Shown: positions 18,697 through 28,613, numbered from the stretch's first letter. The stretch is DNA of 64,000 nucleotides from an uncultured Candidatus Saccharibacteria bacterium (GCA_964469225.1 CAYXYC010000001.1:27556-91555), one strand, 5' to 3'. Notes: a model not told the origin generated them from the sequence alone. Translations and numbers: made by a program.

Positions 18697-20112
18697 ATGA
18701 AATATATTTTTTCTTTATTTATTTTATCAATCTTTGTAACCCCTTTTGCGGGAATTGTTTCGCAAGCCGAATCTGCTAACGATTGCAAGGTTCTTTCAGC
18801 AGAATGGAGTCAATCAGGAGATATGCCTAGTGGGTGGTTTAAGGAAGAACGAACCCCGATTAACATAATAACCAAAACACAAGGATGTGTTGGACAAGAA
18901 CTTAATTTGAGTATTTTTGAGGGAGATACATGTGGGATTGAGTGTGACGATGACCTTGTTGGCTTTTACCGTAGACCAATTCTTGTGCCAACAGACAATT
19001 TCTCGGTAAGAATTGGTCTTGGGGAAGACGAATGTGAAGCTGGTGCAACTGCTTCTATTGGGTATGATTGCCATTTGTTTTTCTATTGGCGAAACAATGC
19101 GATGGATCTTCTTTATAATTCATGGCACAAGGTAAGTGGTGATCTTTTTTATGAGTGTGATGGCCTTTGTGATACTGATCCAATACTTGTTTCTATTATT
19201 CCAAACGGAAACACAACAACACGGGTTAGTGTTGATCCTAATAAATCAACGGGTGTTCACAAAGAAGTTTATAATCTTCTAGCGCCTATTGGAGACCTGA
19301 GGTGTATTGATGATGGATCAGGAACACCTGGTACAAACTGCGTGAAGGGTGGCGCTGGGGTATATTTAAATACAATTTTCAAAATTGCTATTGGGCTTGC
19401 AGCAGCACTTGCTGTTGTTATGATTGTTATTAATTCTGTTTCATATATGGGAGATGAATCAGTTTTTGGTAGAACAGAAGCAAAGAGCAAAATTCTCTCT
19501 GCTATTGGCGGACTACTACTTGCACTTGGCGCATATGCATTACTAAACACTATTAATCCAGCGCTGACAGGCGTAGGTGGGGTACAAATTGACCAAGTGG
19601 TTGCTGAGGTGGATGAAGACCCTATTCTTGAAGATAGCCCAAATCTTGTTCTCCAAACTGGAGCAATTGCTCGTTGCCCTGACGGAATATCAAAAACCAT
19701 TACAAAGGGCGGAACATTCTATGTTTGTAATTCTCTTGTTGGGCGATTTAAAACGATGATAGAAGACGCCTGGTCACAAGGAATTAAAATCTCTGGTGGA
19801 GGATTCCGAACCAAAGAGGCGCAAATTGCCCTTCGAACAAAAAACTGTGGTGGATCAGGAAATGTATATAATTCAAACGCAAAATGTACTCCCGTAACAG
19901 CCGTTCCTGGTACATCAATGCACGAGAGCGGAATGGCTTTTGATTTTAAGTGTGACGGAAAACTTATTAATATTGGTACTGGTCGAAAAAATAAGTTCGC
20001 AATTAATGCAAGCACAAAAAAATGTTTTGACTGGCTGTCGTCGAATGCCGGAAAATACGGACTAAAAAATCTGCCAAGTGAAAATTGGCACTGGTCAACT
20101 AACGGTAAATAA
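18697..20112 (+). CDS. secreted Cys-rich protein with internal two-helix membrane hairpin and C-terminal peptidase M15 (VanY/DD-carboxypeptidase-like) domain
   Basis: Signal peptide, about 20 Cys in the N-domain, two adjacent hydrophobic helices (IAIGLAAALAVVMIVINSV / AIGGLLLALGAYALLNTI). C-terminal motifs GGFRTKEAQ and SMHESGMAFD (SxHxxGxAxD), ENWHW. Confidence 0.6.
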   Translation: MKYIFSLFILSIFVTPFAGIVSQAESANDCKVLSAEWSQSGDMPSGWFKEERTPINIITKTQGCVGQELNLSIFEGDTCGIECDDDLVGFYRRPILVPTDNFSVRIGLGEDECEAGATASIGYDCHLFFYWRNNAMDLLYNSWHKVSGDLFYECDGLCDTDPILVSIIPNGNTTTRVSVDPNKSTGVHKEVYNLLAPIGDLRCIDDGSGTPGTNCVKGGAGVYLNTIFKIAIGLAAALAVVMIVINSVSYMGDESVFGRTEAKSKILSAIGGLLLALGAYALLNTINPALTGVGGVQIDQVVAEVDEDPILEDSPNLVLQTGAIARCPDGISKTITKGGTFYVCNSLVGRFKTMIEDAWSQGIKISGGGFRTKEAQIALRTKNCGGSGNVYNSNAKCTPVTAVPGTSMHESGMAFDFKCDGKLINIGTGRKNKFAINASTKKCFDWLSSNAGKYGLKNLPSENWHWSTNGK

Positions 20113-20115
20113 TTT

Positions 20116-21393
20116 ATGCCACGAAAAACAATAATTATTTTCATATCGGTCTTTCTGGTCATTGGTGGAGGAATTTTTATCTACTCTCGTTTTGTTTCAA
20201 CGCCAACACAAAACACAAACACCACACAAAATGGAGACTATAGACCATTTGGATCTACGACAGAAAACGGATCAGGGAGTATCTCTGGAGTTATTTCTCA
20301 AACCATCAACACAATTTTGGGTGGGGTAGGACTTTCGTCTGACGCAAATCGTTTCCAAAAAATAACAGATTTTCCTATTGCTGGAGTGACATTCTTTATT
20401 GATACTCGAAAGGTTGAGCAGTCACAACAAGCAACAAACCCCGACGGAACAGCAACACAGACAGCAGGTGATGCCCAGTTTGTTTCTGTGCCATCACTCC
20501 GCTTTGTTAATCGAATCACCGGACATCTTCACCAGATGTATTTAGACACAAAAATATCAGGCGTTGTTTCAAACTCAACAATTCCTTCTATCCATGAGGC
20601 ACTATTTGCAAACAACGGTAAAACTGTTTTTTATAGATACCTTGATACTGACAACAAAACAATAAACACCTTCACTGCAACACTTGGTGCAAATCGTGGT
20701 GAATTTATGCCAGATAATATTCTTAATATGAGTGTGTCATCCGATGGTCAGAAAGTATTTTATATTACAAAAGATGCAAATGGTGTTCGTGGTGCAATTA
20801 AAAACATCACAACAGCTAAAAAATCAGATATTTGGTCATCACCGCTCTCTGAGTGGACTTCAAAATGGGGGAAGGGAGAAACGGTCTATCTAACAACAAA
20901 ACCTTCCCAGCTTGCAAATGGAGGACTCTGGAGTCTCAACACCATAACAGGCGCAACAACAAAAATATTAACGGGAATACCTGGTCTTACAACACTCACG
21001 AGTCCTGATGGGAACAGTGTGCTATATAGTATCTCAACAACAAATGGACCTCGCCTTGGCATCTATTCAATCAAAAAAAATGAATCCACCGATCTTTCAA
21101 TATATGGACTACCAGAGAAGTGTATTTGGACAAAATCATCTCTATCTATTTATTGTGCTTCACCAACTGGAATACAAAGTGGTTTGTATCCAGATGATTG
21201 GTATAAAGGAGTAACATCATTTGCTGACCGATTTATTCGCATCAATATTGATACAAATACAATTGATACTGTTTCTGAGGGACCAGAAACTGAAATAGTT
21301 GATGGAACAAATCTAATTCTAAACGACACAGAAAAAATACTTTTCTTCACAAACAAAAAAGACTCCGCACTATGGAGCCTCTCTCTTGAATAA
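20116..21393 (+). CDS. membrane-anchored hypothetical protein, possible beta-propeller ectodomain
   Basis: N-terminal TM (IIIFISVFLVIGGGIFIY), then a T/N-rich linker and repetitive beta-rich sequence. Confidence 0.4.
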   Translation: MPRKTIIIFISVFLVIGGGIFIYSRFVSTPTQNTNTTQNGDYRPFGSTTENGSGSISGVISQTINTILGGVGLSSDANRFQKITDFPIAGVTFFIDTRKVEQSQQATNPDGTATQTAGDAQFVSVPSLRFVNRITGHLHQMYLDTKISGVVSNSTIPSIHEALFANNGKTVFYRYLDTDNKTINTFTATLGANRGEFMPDNILNMSVSSDGQKVFYITKDANGVRGAIKNITTAKKSDIWSSPLSEWTSKWGKGETVYLTTKPSQLANGGLWSLNTITGATTKILTGIPGLTTLTSPDGNSVLYSISTTNGPRLGIYSIKKNESTDLSIYGLPEKCIWTKSSLSIYCASPTGIQSGLYPDDWYKGVTSFADRFIRINIDTNTIDTVSEGPETEIVDGTNLILNDTEKILFFTNKKDSALWSLSLE

Positions 21394-21401
21394 TATCTCT
21401 A

Positions 21402-21866
21402 TTATTCAGAAATATATTTGATAACAACCTTGCGGTTAGGACCGTACCCTGTTGATTCGGTTTTAATATCTTTGGCGTTTTCAAGGAAAAGGTGAATGAT
21501 TCGTCGTTCGTGCGCTGGCATTGGGTCAATTTCTATATTGCTCTTAAAATAACGGGCTCGTTCAGCCATCATGTGCGCCATCGCTTTCAAACTATCAAAC
21601 TGTTTCTTTTGATATCCATTTACATCAACAGTAAAACGATTGGTTATCATGTCACCTTCAGGTAGATCTTTTTCAAGAATTTTACGGACGATATGATTAA
21701 GAGACCGAAGTGTCTCCCCATCACGACCAATCATAAACCGAGAATCGGGTGTTGAAACCGCGCACCAAAGCATTCCGTTTTCATCAGAAAAATCAAATCC
21801 CGAAATCTCACAGCCGGTGTGAAAAAATATGTCTTCTATAATTTTCTTGATTTTATCTTGGTTCAT
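21402..21866 (-). CDS. jag: Jag/KhpB-like RNA-binding protein (KH + R3H domains)
   Basis: GRDGETLRSLNHIV (KH GxxG) and PMPAHERRIIHLFL (R3H); sits downstream of yidC as in the canonical rnpA-yidD-yidC-jag operon. Confidence 0.75.
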   Translation of the reverse strand: MNQDKIKKIIEDIFFHTGCEISGFDFSDENGMLWCAVSTPDSRFMIGRDGETLRSLNHIVRKILEKDLPEGDMITNRFTVDVNGYQKKQFDSLKAMAHMMAERARYFKSNIEIDPMPAHERRIIHLFLENAKDIKTESTGYGPNRKVVIKYISE

Positions 21867-21872
21867 ATATAT

Positions 21873-22601
21873 CTACGCAAGTGTCTTGCGAACACGCCAC
21901 TCTTGGATGATTGTAAATATATTACTTGTAATCCAATAAAGCGCAATGGCTGCTGAAATTTGGTATGCAATAAAAGCAACAAAAACAGGAAGCACATAGC
22001 GAATATTCATTTGCATACTTTCTGCTAATTGTTCTTGGAATGTTTTTGGTTGAGCGGCAGTTTGTTCTGTAACAATATCAACCTTCTTCTGTGCAAGTGG
22101 GGAAGAAAGTTTTCCTTGTATAAACTGAGAAACTCCGGCCAGAAGCGCAAGAACAATACTTTTACCATGCAAATCAATGCCGAGGAAAAAGGCGTTTAGT
22201 TGCTCTGGTTTGGTAATAAACGAATAGAGCGGTGTCGCATCAAAAGAAAGACCCTTATAAAATACATAATAAAGGGCGAAAATTACTGGTAATTGAAGAA
22301 TAATTACCAAGCAACCAGAAAAAGGGTTTACATTGTATTTTTTATATAATTCAAAGGTTTTTCGTGCTTGTTCTTCTTTATTAGGGAAATCTTTCTTTAT
22401 AGCCTTTAATTCTGGCTCAATGCGTTTTGTGAGAATCTGGCTTCGGATTGATTTCTTTGTAAGAGGGGAAAGAATGGTCTTAACAAGAATTGTTAAAATA
22501 ACAATCCCTAAACCAATATTTCCAGCCGTTATTGTGCTAACAATAAAAATGAGCGTATTGTATATCGGCTCATATAAAAAAGTATTCCATAGTGATGACA
22601 T
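21873..22601 (-). CDS. yidC: membrane protein insertase YidC (short form)
   Basis: Multi-TM 242-aa protein in conserved operon position between yidD and jag. Confidence 0.75.
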   Translation of the reverse strand: MSSLWNTFLYEPIYNTLIFIVSTITAGNIGLGIVILTILVKTILSPLTKKSIRSQILTKRIEPELKAIKKDFPNKEEQARKTFELYKKYNVNPFSGCLVIILQLPVIFALYYVFYKGLSFDATPLYSFITKPEQLNAFFLGIDLHGKSIVLALLAGVSQFIQGKLSSPLAQKKVDIVTEQTAAQPKTFQEQLAESMQMNIRYVLPVFVAFIAYQISAAIALYWITSNIFTIIQEWRVRKTLA

Positions 22602-22670
22602 CTCTCTATTGTATAGGAAAAGAAGCCATCATAAAAGGTTGATTTATTTAAAAGTCGTTGTTTGCCCTTT

Positions 22671-22877
22671 TTAAATTAGGGGATCGTAACGGTTTTTCTG
22701 CCAAGGATGACACCTGGCAATTCTTTTACACCCAAGCCAAAAGCCCATTAAAAATCCATATTTTTCAATGGCATTTTTTGTATATTCGGAGCATCTTGGA
22801 ATAAAAACACAAGATGAGTGGCTCTGTGCGGGGGTTGATTGGTAAAGAGATATGAGGAATATGGCTAGTTTTTTCAT
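22671..22877 (-). CDS. yidD: membrane protein insertion efficiency factor YidD
   Basis: 68 aa with conserved CRFIPRCSEY...CHPW cysteine motif. Confidence 0.8.
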   Translation of the reverse strand: MKKLAIFLISLYQSTPAQSHSSCVFIPRCSEYTKNAIEKYGFLMGFWLGCKRIARCHPWQKNRYDPLI

Positions 22878-22878
22878 T

Positions 22879-23196
22879 TTAATATCTCACCTTACGCAAA
22901 AGTGCATCCATGTCGTTTTTTATATCTTGGGTTGTGGCTTTTGATGCCTCGTTTTTAAAGAAGAAAATCGCCGTAATTGGTGGCAGACTTAGTGTTCTAA
23001 GGACATTATATCCTTTTCTTCTAAGGCTATTTCGCTTAACAGCCCTTTTTTCAACGCCTTTTGGGACAACACAAGCATACCTTGGTCCGCCGTAAGCCAT
23101 AAATCGCAACGAAAAAAGCGGGGAAGAGATTACTTTCCCGTCTTTCATAAGAGAAAGGAATACATCCTTCGTTACCCGCTTTTTCTTTGGAATCAT
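22879..23196 (-). CDS. rnpA: RNase P protein component RnpA
   Basis: RNR-type motif AVKRNSLRRKGY; ATG at 23196 (MIPKKKR). The ORF-track GTG start at 23247 would overlap the rpmH 3' end. Confidence 0.75.
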   Translation of the reverse strand: MIPKKKRVTKDVFLSLMKDGKVISSPLFSLRFMAYGGPRYACVVPKGVEKRAVKRNSLRRKGYNVLRTLSLPPITAIFFFKNEASKATTQDIKNDMDALLRKVRY

Positions 23197-23209
23197 TGAA
23201 TTATAAGGC

Positions 23210-23350
23210 TTATTTTGCGATTGAGACCTTTTTTCGGCCCTTAGCACGGCGACGAGCTGTTACCTTTTTGCCGCCAGGAGTTTTTGCGCGAGAAAGAAAA
23301 CCGTGGGTTTTCGCTCTTTTTCGCTTGTTTGGGTTGTATGTTATAGACAT
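23210..23350 (-). CDS. rpmH: 50S ribosomal protein L34
   Basis: Hand translation of the minus strand gives [46 protein letters not shown] (46 aa); not in the ORF track because it is under 60 aa. Confidence 0.9.
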   Translation of the reverse strand: MSITYNPNKRKRAKTHGFLSRAKTPGGKKVTARRRAKGRKKVSIAK

Positions 23351-23481
23351 ATTAGGAAATATATAACAAAATCAGTCATTATGCAATGTTTTGTTTCGTA
23401 TGTTACTATCCACACATTATTAACAGGTTAATCCAGATATTGAATAAATCCCTGTTTTCAAATGAGAGTATACTAGAATGT

Positions 23482-24828
23482 ATGAATACAAAAGAATTAT
23501 GGAACAGCTGTCTTTCTGATATTGAACTTGGTATTTCAAAAGCCAATTTTACAACATGGTTCAAAAATACTCTGATTGTAAAAGAAGACGCTGGAACAAT
23601 TTATGTTGGTGTACCAAATGAGTTTGTAAAAGATTGGCTTTACAATAAATTCCATAAATTAATTTTGAAAACCCTTATGGGCTACGAAGAGAGTGTTAGG
23701 AGTGTTGAATATATTATTCACAAGCACGAGGCTGGTACGCGACCATCATACAACGAACCTGTAAAAAATATAATAAACAAAGAACTTCCACTTAACGACC
23801 TTTATACCAACAAAGAAGATAATTTGAATCCTAAATATACATTTGATTCCTTTATTGTTGGGCCATTTAATGAACTCGCCTATGCTGTTTCGCAGGCAAT
23901 TATTTCAAATCCAGGGCATGGATATAATCCATTCTTTGTTTATGGGGGAACGGGCTTAGGTAAAACGCACATGATTCAAGCAATCGGAAATGCTATAAAA
24001 AAGAATTACCCCGATAAAAAAATCTATTATGTAAGTCTTGAAAAATTCACTATTGATTATGTGAACTCAATTCAAAGTAAAAACCCAAACTCATTCAAAG
24101 AAAAATACAGAAAATATGATGTCATCATAATGGATGATATCCAATTTATTACAGGAAAAGACCGAACCCAAGAAGAGTTATTTCATTTGTTTAATATCTT
24201 TTATGAAAATAATAAACAAATTATATTTTCATCTGATAAACACCCTAATTTTATTCAAGGACTTGAAGAGAGGCTCCAGTCTCGCTTTGCATCTGGTATG
24301 ACGGTTCAAATAACAGAACCAGATTATGAGTCACGAATTGCAATTATTAAAGCAAAATTTGAATCAACAAATTGTATTATTGAGCGAGAAGTTGTGGAAT
24401 ATCTTGCTGAAGCCCTAGAAGGGAACATTCGAGAACTCGAAGGAAGCCTAAACACAGTTGTAATGCAATCACAATTAAAAAATAAAGCCTTGTCTCTTAA
24501 TGAAGTAAAAACCCTTATAAAAAACAACATAAAACCAAAGAAAACAGTTGCAATAAAAGACATTGTTCAGTGTATTGCTGAATATTACAATATTTCTGAA
24601 TCAATAATTTACGAAAAAACAAGACGAAAAGAAATTGTTAGAGCGCGACAGGTTGCGATGTATTTATTGCGTGAAGATTTTAATATTTCCTATCCTTTAA
24701 TTGGACAAAAAATGGGAGGAAGAGATCACACAACTGTTATTCACTCACATTTAAAAATAAAAGATGATATAAAAACAGACCCGTCGTTATTACAAGAAAT
24801 AGAAAAAATTCGCATTTTATTTAAGTAG
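23482..24828 (+). CDS. dnaA: chromosomal replication initiator DnaA
   Basis: AAA+ Walker A GGTGLGKTHMIQAIGN; C-terminal DNA-binding domain (RDHTTVIHSHLKI). Start chosen at MNTKELWNS; the ORF track extends 32 codons further upstream to 23386. Confidence 0.9.
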   Translation: MNTKELWNSCLSDIELGISKANFTTWFKNTLIVKEDAGTIYVGVPNEFVKDWLYNKFHKLILKTLMGYEESVRSVEYIIHKHEAGTRPSYNEPVKNIINKELPLNDLYTNKEDNLNPKYTFDSFIVGPFNELAYAVSQAIISNPGHGYNPFFVYGGTGLGKTHMIQAIGNAIKKNYPDKKIYYVSLEKFTIDYVNSIQSKNPNSFKEKYRKYDVIIMDDIQFITGKDRTQEELFHLFNIFYENNKQIIFSSDKHPNFIQGLEERLQSRFASGMTVQITEPDYESRIAIIKAKFESTNCIIEREVVEYLAEALEGNIRELEGSLNTVVMQSQLKNKALSLNEVKTLIKNNIKPKKTVAIKDIVQCIAEYYNISESIIYEKTRRKEIVRARQVAMYLLREDFNISYPLIGQKMGGRDHTTVIHSHLKIKDDIKTDPSLLQEIEKIRILFK

Positions 24829-25043
24829 TGAATAAGGTGTGGAAAACAGTGTTAATTAAAAATTATAATTTGTGGGTAAAAAAACTTTCTACCCATAAAT
24901 AAAAGTTACCAACAAAAAAGTTATTACAAGCACAACAGGAAATGTAATAAATAATCTTATTTTTAAATCTTATTTTTTGAATCCACACAATCCACACCAT
25001 TAATAGTAGTAATAATGTATTTATATAAATAATACCCACATAT
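24829..25043. promoter_or_regulatory. putative oriC: AT-rich dnaA-dnaN spacer with five DnaA-box-like 9-mers
   Basis: tgtgggtaa (rc TTACCCACA), tacccata, two aatccacac, tacccacat, plus very AT-rich stretches. A further CTATCCACA box upstream of dnaA at 23406-23414. Confidence 0.6.
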
Positions 25044-26141
25044 ATGAAATTTGAATGTTCAATAGAAAAAATAAAAAATGCACTCATTACCGTTGAGAGA
25101 GTAACAGGTAAAAATTTAACCCTTCCTGTTCTCGGAAGTATTTTATGGGTTGCAAGTGGTAAAACAATAAAACTACGCGCAACAAACTTGAGTGTTGGTA
25201 TTGAAATATCGCTTGATGCAAAAATAGAAAAAGAGGGTGTTGTTGCTATTCGGGGTGATATTCTTTCATCATTATTTTCTGTTCTATCTGGTGATTCAAA
25301 AGTTTCTTTTGAGTTGATTGATCAAACACTATCAGTAAAAACAAAAACAAGTACTATTCTTATTAAAACTGTTCCCCATGAAGATTTTCCAACAATACCA
25401 GTTGTTTCAGGTGATGAATATACTATTCCATCAAAAAAAATTACCGACGGAATAAAAGCGGTTTCGTATGCTGCTTCAATTTCTGAAATAAAACCAGAAA
25501 TTGGAAGTATTTATATTTATCCAGAAGATGACACACTTGTTTTTGTTGCAACAGATTCGTTTCGTCTTGCAGAAAAGAAAGTTAAAATAAAAAATAAAGT
25601 TTCATTTGATGGTATTTTATTTCCTCTTAAAAACGCTCTTGAATATATAAAAGCATTTGATTCTGTTGAAGATGATGTATTAATTACATTTCAAAAAAAC
25701 CAAATTGCTATTAAATCAGAATCTATTTATTTTACAACAAGAGTTATTGATGGAGCCTTTCCTGACTACAAACAGATTATTCCTAAAAAACCAACAACAG
25801 AAGCTATTGTTTTAAAACAAGATTTAATATCGTCTCTTAAAATATCAAACATATTTACTGATAAATTAAACCAAATTTCTTTTACAATTAGACCTCAAGA
25901 TAAGGTTTTTGAAATAGAATCAAAAAACGCTGATGTTGGTGAAAACACAACATTTATTGGAGGACAACTAACCGGTGAAGAAGTATCCGCAAACTTTAAT
26001 TATAAATATATTATTGATTCATTTAGTTCATTATCTGGAGATAGTCTTAAGCTTGAATTAAATGGAAACAATAAACCCATGATTTTGAGAGCCGTTGGTG
26101 ATGTTTCGTTTATGTATTTAATTATGCCAATGAATCGTTAA
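25044..26141 (+). CDS. dnaN: DNA polymerase III beta sliding clamp
   Basis: 365 aa, position immediately after dnaA, three-domain beta-clamp-like composition. Confidence 0.85.
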   Translation: MKFECSIEKIKNALITVERVTGKNLTLPVLGSILWVASGKTIKLRATNLSVGIEISLDAKIEKEGVVAIRGDILSSLFSVLSGDSKVSFELIDQTLSVKTKTSTILIKTVPHEDFPTIPVVSGDEYTIPSKKITDGIKAVSYAASISEIKPEIGSIYIYPEDDTLVFVATDSFRLAEKKVKIKNKVSFDGILFPLKNALEYIKAFDSVEDDVLITFQKNQIAIKSESIYFTTRVIDGAFPDYKQIIPKKPTTEAIVLKQDLISSLKISNIFTDKLNQISFTIRPQDKVFEIESKNADVGENTTFIGGQLTGEEVSANFNYKYIIDSFSSLSGDSLKLELNGNNKPMILRAVGDVSFMYLIMPMNR

Positions 26142-26142
26142 T

Positions 26143-26406
26143 ATGGATACAACTCATATTTCAGAACTCCTCGGTAAAATTAAAAAAACACTTTTTAAAA
26201 ACGAAGAGGTGTATCAAAACATTAGTAATATCGTTTCTAAGCACATAGGTTTTCCTCTTGAAATAAGTTCAATAAAAATTAAAGGAACAGTTATTTATGT
26301 AAAAGAATCACCACTTATTAAAAGTGAAGTTTTTATTCATAAAGATGGGATTCTTTCAGACTTAAAACTAATTATTACTGACAGAGTTTTTACAGATATA
26401 AGGTAG
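26143..26406 (+). CDS. small protein downstream of dnaN, DUF721-like (DciA/RNA-binding-like)
   Basis: 87 aa; conserved position after dnaN; weak pattern match only. Confidence 0.35.
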   Translation: MDTTHISELLGKIKKTLFKNEEVYQNISNIVSKHIGFPLEISSIKIKGTVIYVKESPLIKSEVFIHKDGILSDLKLIITDRVFTDIR

Positions 26407-26407
26407 T

Positions 26408-28564
26408 TTAATTAATTGGCTTGTCGTCAATTTGTGGAAGAGTAAACCCCGGGTGTGACGCCCACCAATTTATAACTCCATATTCCCAATTATTAAATTG
26501 AGAATCCTTTTCTGGATTCGATGGTTTTCCGCCTTTTGGATTATTTTTATCAATCCAATATAAAATTGTGTGAACTCCACTCATACCCGCGTCTTCTTCA
26601 TTACTTAATCCACCACGAAGAATAATTGGGAGAGATTGATCTATTGGGTCTGGGTCTTCAAATGGCTCAACAGGTGTTGTTTTTAATGCTTCTCTCATAA
26701 TTGCATTCCAAATTGGACCAGCAAGCGCAGCACCACCTTTTTTCATCGGTGTATTATCATTGTTTCCAACCCAGACACCAACCGTTGCTGTTGGTGTATA
26801 ACCGATTGTCCAAGCGTCCTTGTTGTTGTTTGTAGTACCTGTTTTAACTGCCACATCATACCCTCCTACGACAAGCGGAGAGTTGGCACCAAAGGTTGGT
26901 GTTCTTGCGCCATTATCAGAAAGAATATTTGAAATTAAGTGTGTGATGTTTGGATCGAGAACTTCGTATGGATGAGCTCTATATTCTTCTATAATCGTCT
27001 TGTTGCCATCTTCAATAGATAAAACGGGTGTTGCCTCATTACGAACACCGCTGTTTGCAAAAACACTATATACAGATGTCATATCAAGAAGTGTTGTTTC
27101 TCCACCTCCAATAACAAGTGACAGTCCGTATCTATCAGGATCATTCAAGCTCGTAATACCTAAATTGTGAGCAAGTTTAATTGAATCTTGAACCCCAGCC
27201 AAGTAGAGCAACTTAACCGCAATTATGTTAATAGATTGAGCAAGAGCGTCTTTGAGTATCATTGGTCCACGAAAGGCATTGTCGTAGTTGTCTGGGTTAT
27301 AACACTCAGCATTTTTTACGAGAGGTTTTCCAGTTGGTCCACATGATGGATTAAATTCTGTTCTAGTGTCAAATAAAATTGTTTTTGGTGTGTATCCTTT
27401 TGTAAATGCGAGCGCGTAAACAATTGGTTTAAATGACGAACCAGGTTGGCGTAGTGCTGTTGCAACATTAAAGTTACCATCAATTGTTTTATCAAAGTAA
27501 TCACGAGAACCAACCATCGCTAAAATCTGTCCGGTTTTTGGGTCAATTACAACAATAGCGGTATTTTTACCATTCCAGTTTTTCTCATTTTCTTTTGCAT
27601 GTGTAAGGGCGATTTCTTCGGCTTTCTTTTGCAATTCATAATCAAGTGTTGTAACAATTTTTAAACCACCAGAATCAAGCATTTCTGGTCCGTATTTTTT
27701 CTCAATATAATCTTTCACAAAAAACACAAAATGTGGCGCAGCAATGTGGGTTGGTTGTTGTGGGAGAAAGACAACTTGTTCAGCGAGCGCTCTCTGGTGT
27801 TCTGTGTCGGTAATAAAATGAAGTTCTGCCATTCTTTTTAATACAAGGTTTTTGCGTTCCTCAAGTTTGTTTCTGTTTTTACCATACGGTGAATAATATG
27901 TCGGGCCATTTGGAATTGCCGCCAAATAGGCCGCCTCAGCTAATGTTAAATCAATGGGTTCTTTACCAAAAAAAGTTTTTGATGCTTCTTCAATACCATA
28001 TTTATTTCCACCATATGGTGCTTCGTTGAGATAAAGAGCCAAGATGTCGTCCTTACTCATAACCTTTTCAAGTTTCATTGCCAAAATCCACTCCTTTATT
28101 TTTCGAGTGACAGACCTCTTGCTTGTTAGAAGAGTGTTTTTAATTAACTGTTGAGTAATTGTTGAACCACCCTGTACCCTCTTGCCAGTAATTTTTGCCC
28201 AAACAGTTGCACGAATAATAGAAGTGATGCGAACCCCTTTGTGTTGGTAAAATTCCGAATCCTCAATCGCCACAGTCGCGTTCTTGATATTTGTTCCCAT
28301 TTCTTCGTAGGGAATAATTGTTCGTTTGGTGTCTTGATTTACATCATACAAAAGAACTGTGCCGGTGCGATCGTAGATTTTTGTTGAACTTTGGACCTTG
28401 CGATCAGTAAAGGATTTAAAATCTGGAAGTTTTATAAATGACAGCCAAATAATAAAAATACTAATAAAAAAAATAAACAAGCTAGCGCCAAGTAGCAACC
28501 AGCTTTCGCGGGAGTGGTTCTTAAAGTAGGCGAGATATTTGTGCATATACGATAATAATACCAT
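26408..28564 (-). CDS. class A penicillin-binding protein (transglycosylase + transpeptidase), PBP1A-like
   Basis: GT51 motifs EDSEFYQHKGV and GGSTITQQLIKN; N-terminal TM anchor; transpeptidase domain follows. Confidence 0.85.
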   Translation of the reverse strand: MVLLSYMHKYLAYFKNHSRESWLLLGASLFIFFISIFIIWLSFIKLPDFKSFTDRKVQSSTKIYDRTGTVLLYDVNQDTKRTIIPYEEMGTNIKNATVAIEDSEFYQHKGVRITSIIRATVWAKITGKRVQGGSTITQQLIKNTLLTSKRSVTRKIKEWILAMKLEKVMSKDDILALYLNEAPYGGNKYGIEEASKTFFGKEPIDLTLAEAAYLAAIPNGPTYYSPYGKNRNKLEERKNLVLKRMAELHFITDTEHQRALAEQVVFLPQQPTHIAAPHFVFFVKDYIEKKYGPEMLDSGGLKIVTTLDYELQKKAEEIALTHAKENEKNWNGKNTAIVVIDPKTGQILAMVGSRDYFDKTIDGNFNVATALRQPGSSFKPIVYALAFTKGYTPKTILFDTRTEFNPSCGPTGKPLVKNAECYNPDNYDNAFRGPMILKDALAQSINIIAVKLLYLAGVQDSIKLAHNLGITSLNDPDRYGLSLVIGGGETTLLDMTSVYSVFANSGVRNEATPVLSIEDGNKTIIEEYRAHPYEVLDPNITHLISNILSDNGARTPTFGANSPLVVGGYDVAVKTGTTNNNKDAWTIGYTPTATVGVWVGNNDNTPMKKGGAALAGPIWNAIMREALKTTPVEPFEDPDPIDQSLPIILRGGLSNEEDAGMSGVHTILYWIDKNNPKGGKPSNPEKDSQFNNWEYGVINWWASHPGFTLPQIDDKPIN

Positions 28565-28613
28565 AGTGTTTTACTCGGCGGACAAAGAAATAGAAGTGTG
28601 ATAAAGTATACCT

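Noticed and set aside
23247-23247. GTG start for rnpA given by the ORF track
   Set aside because: It would overlap the rpmH coding sequence; the in-frame ATG at 23196 just downstream of the rpmH stop is the more plausible start.
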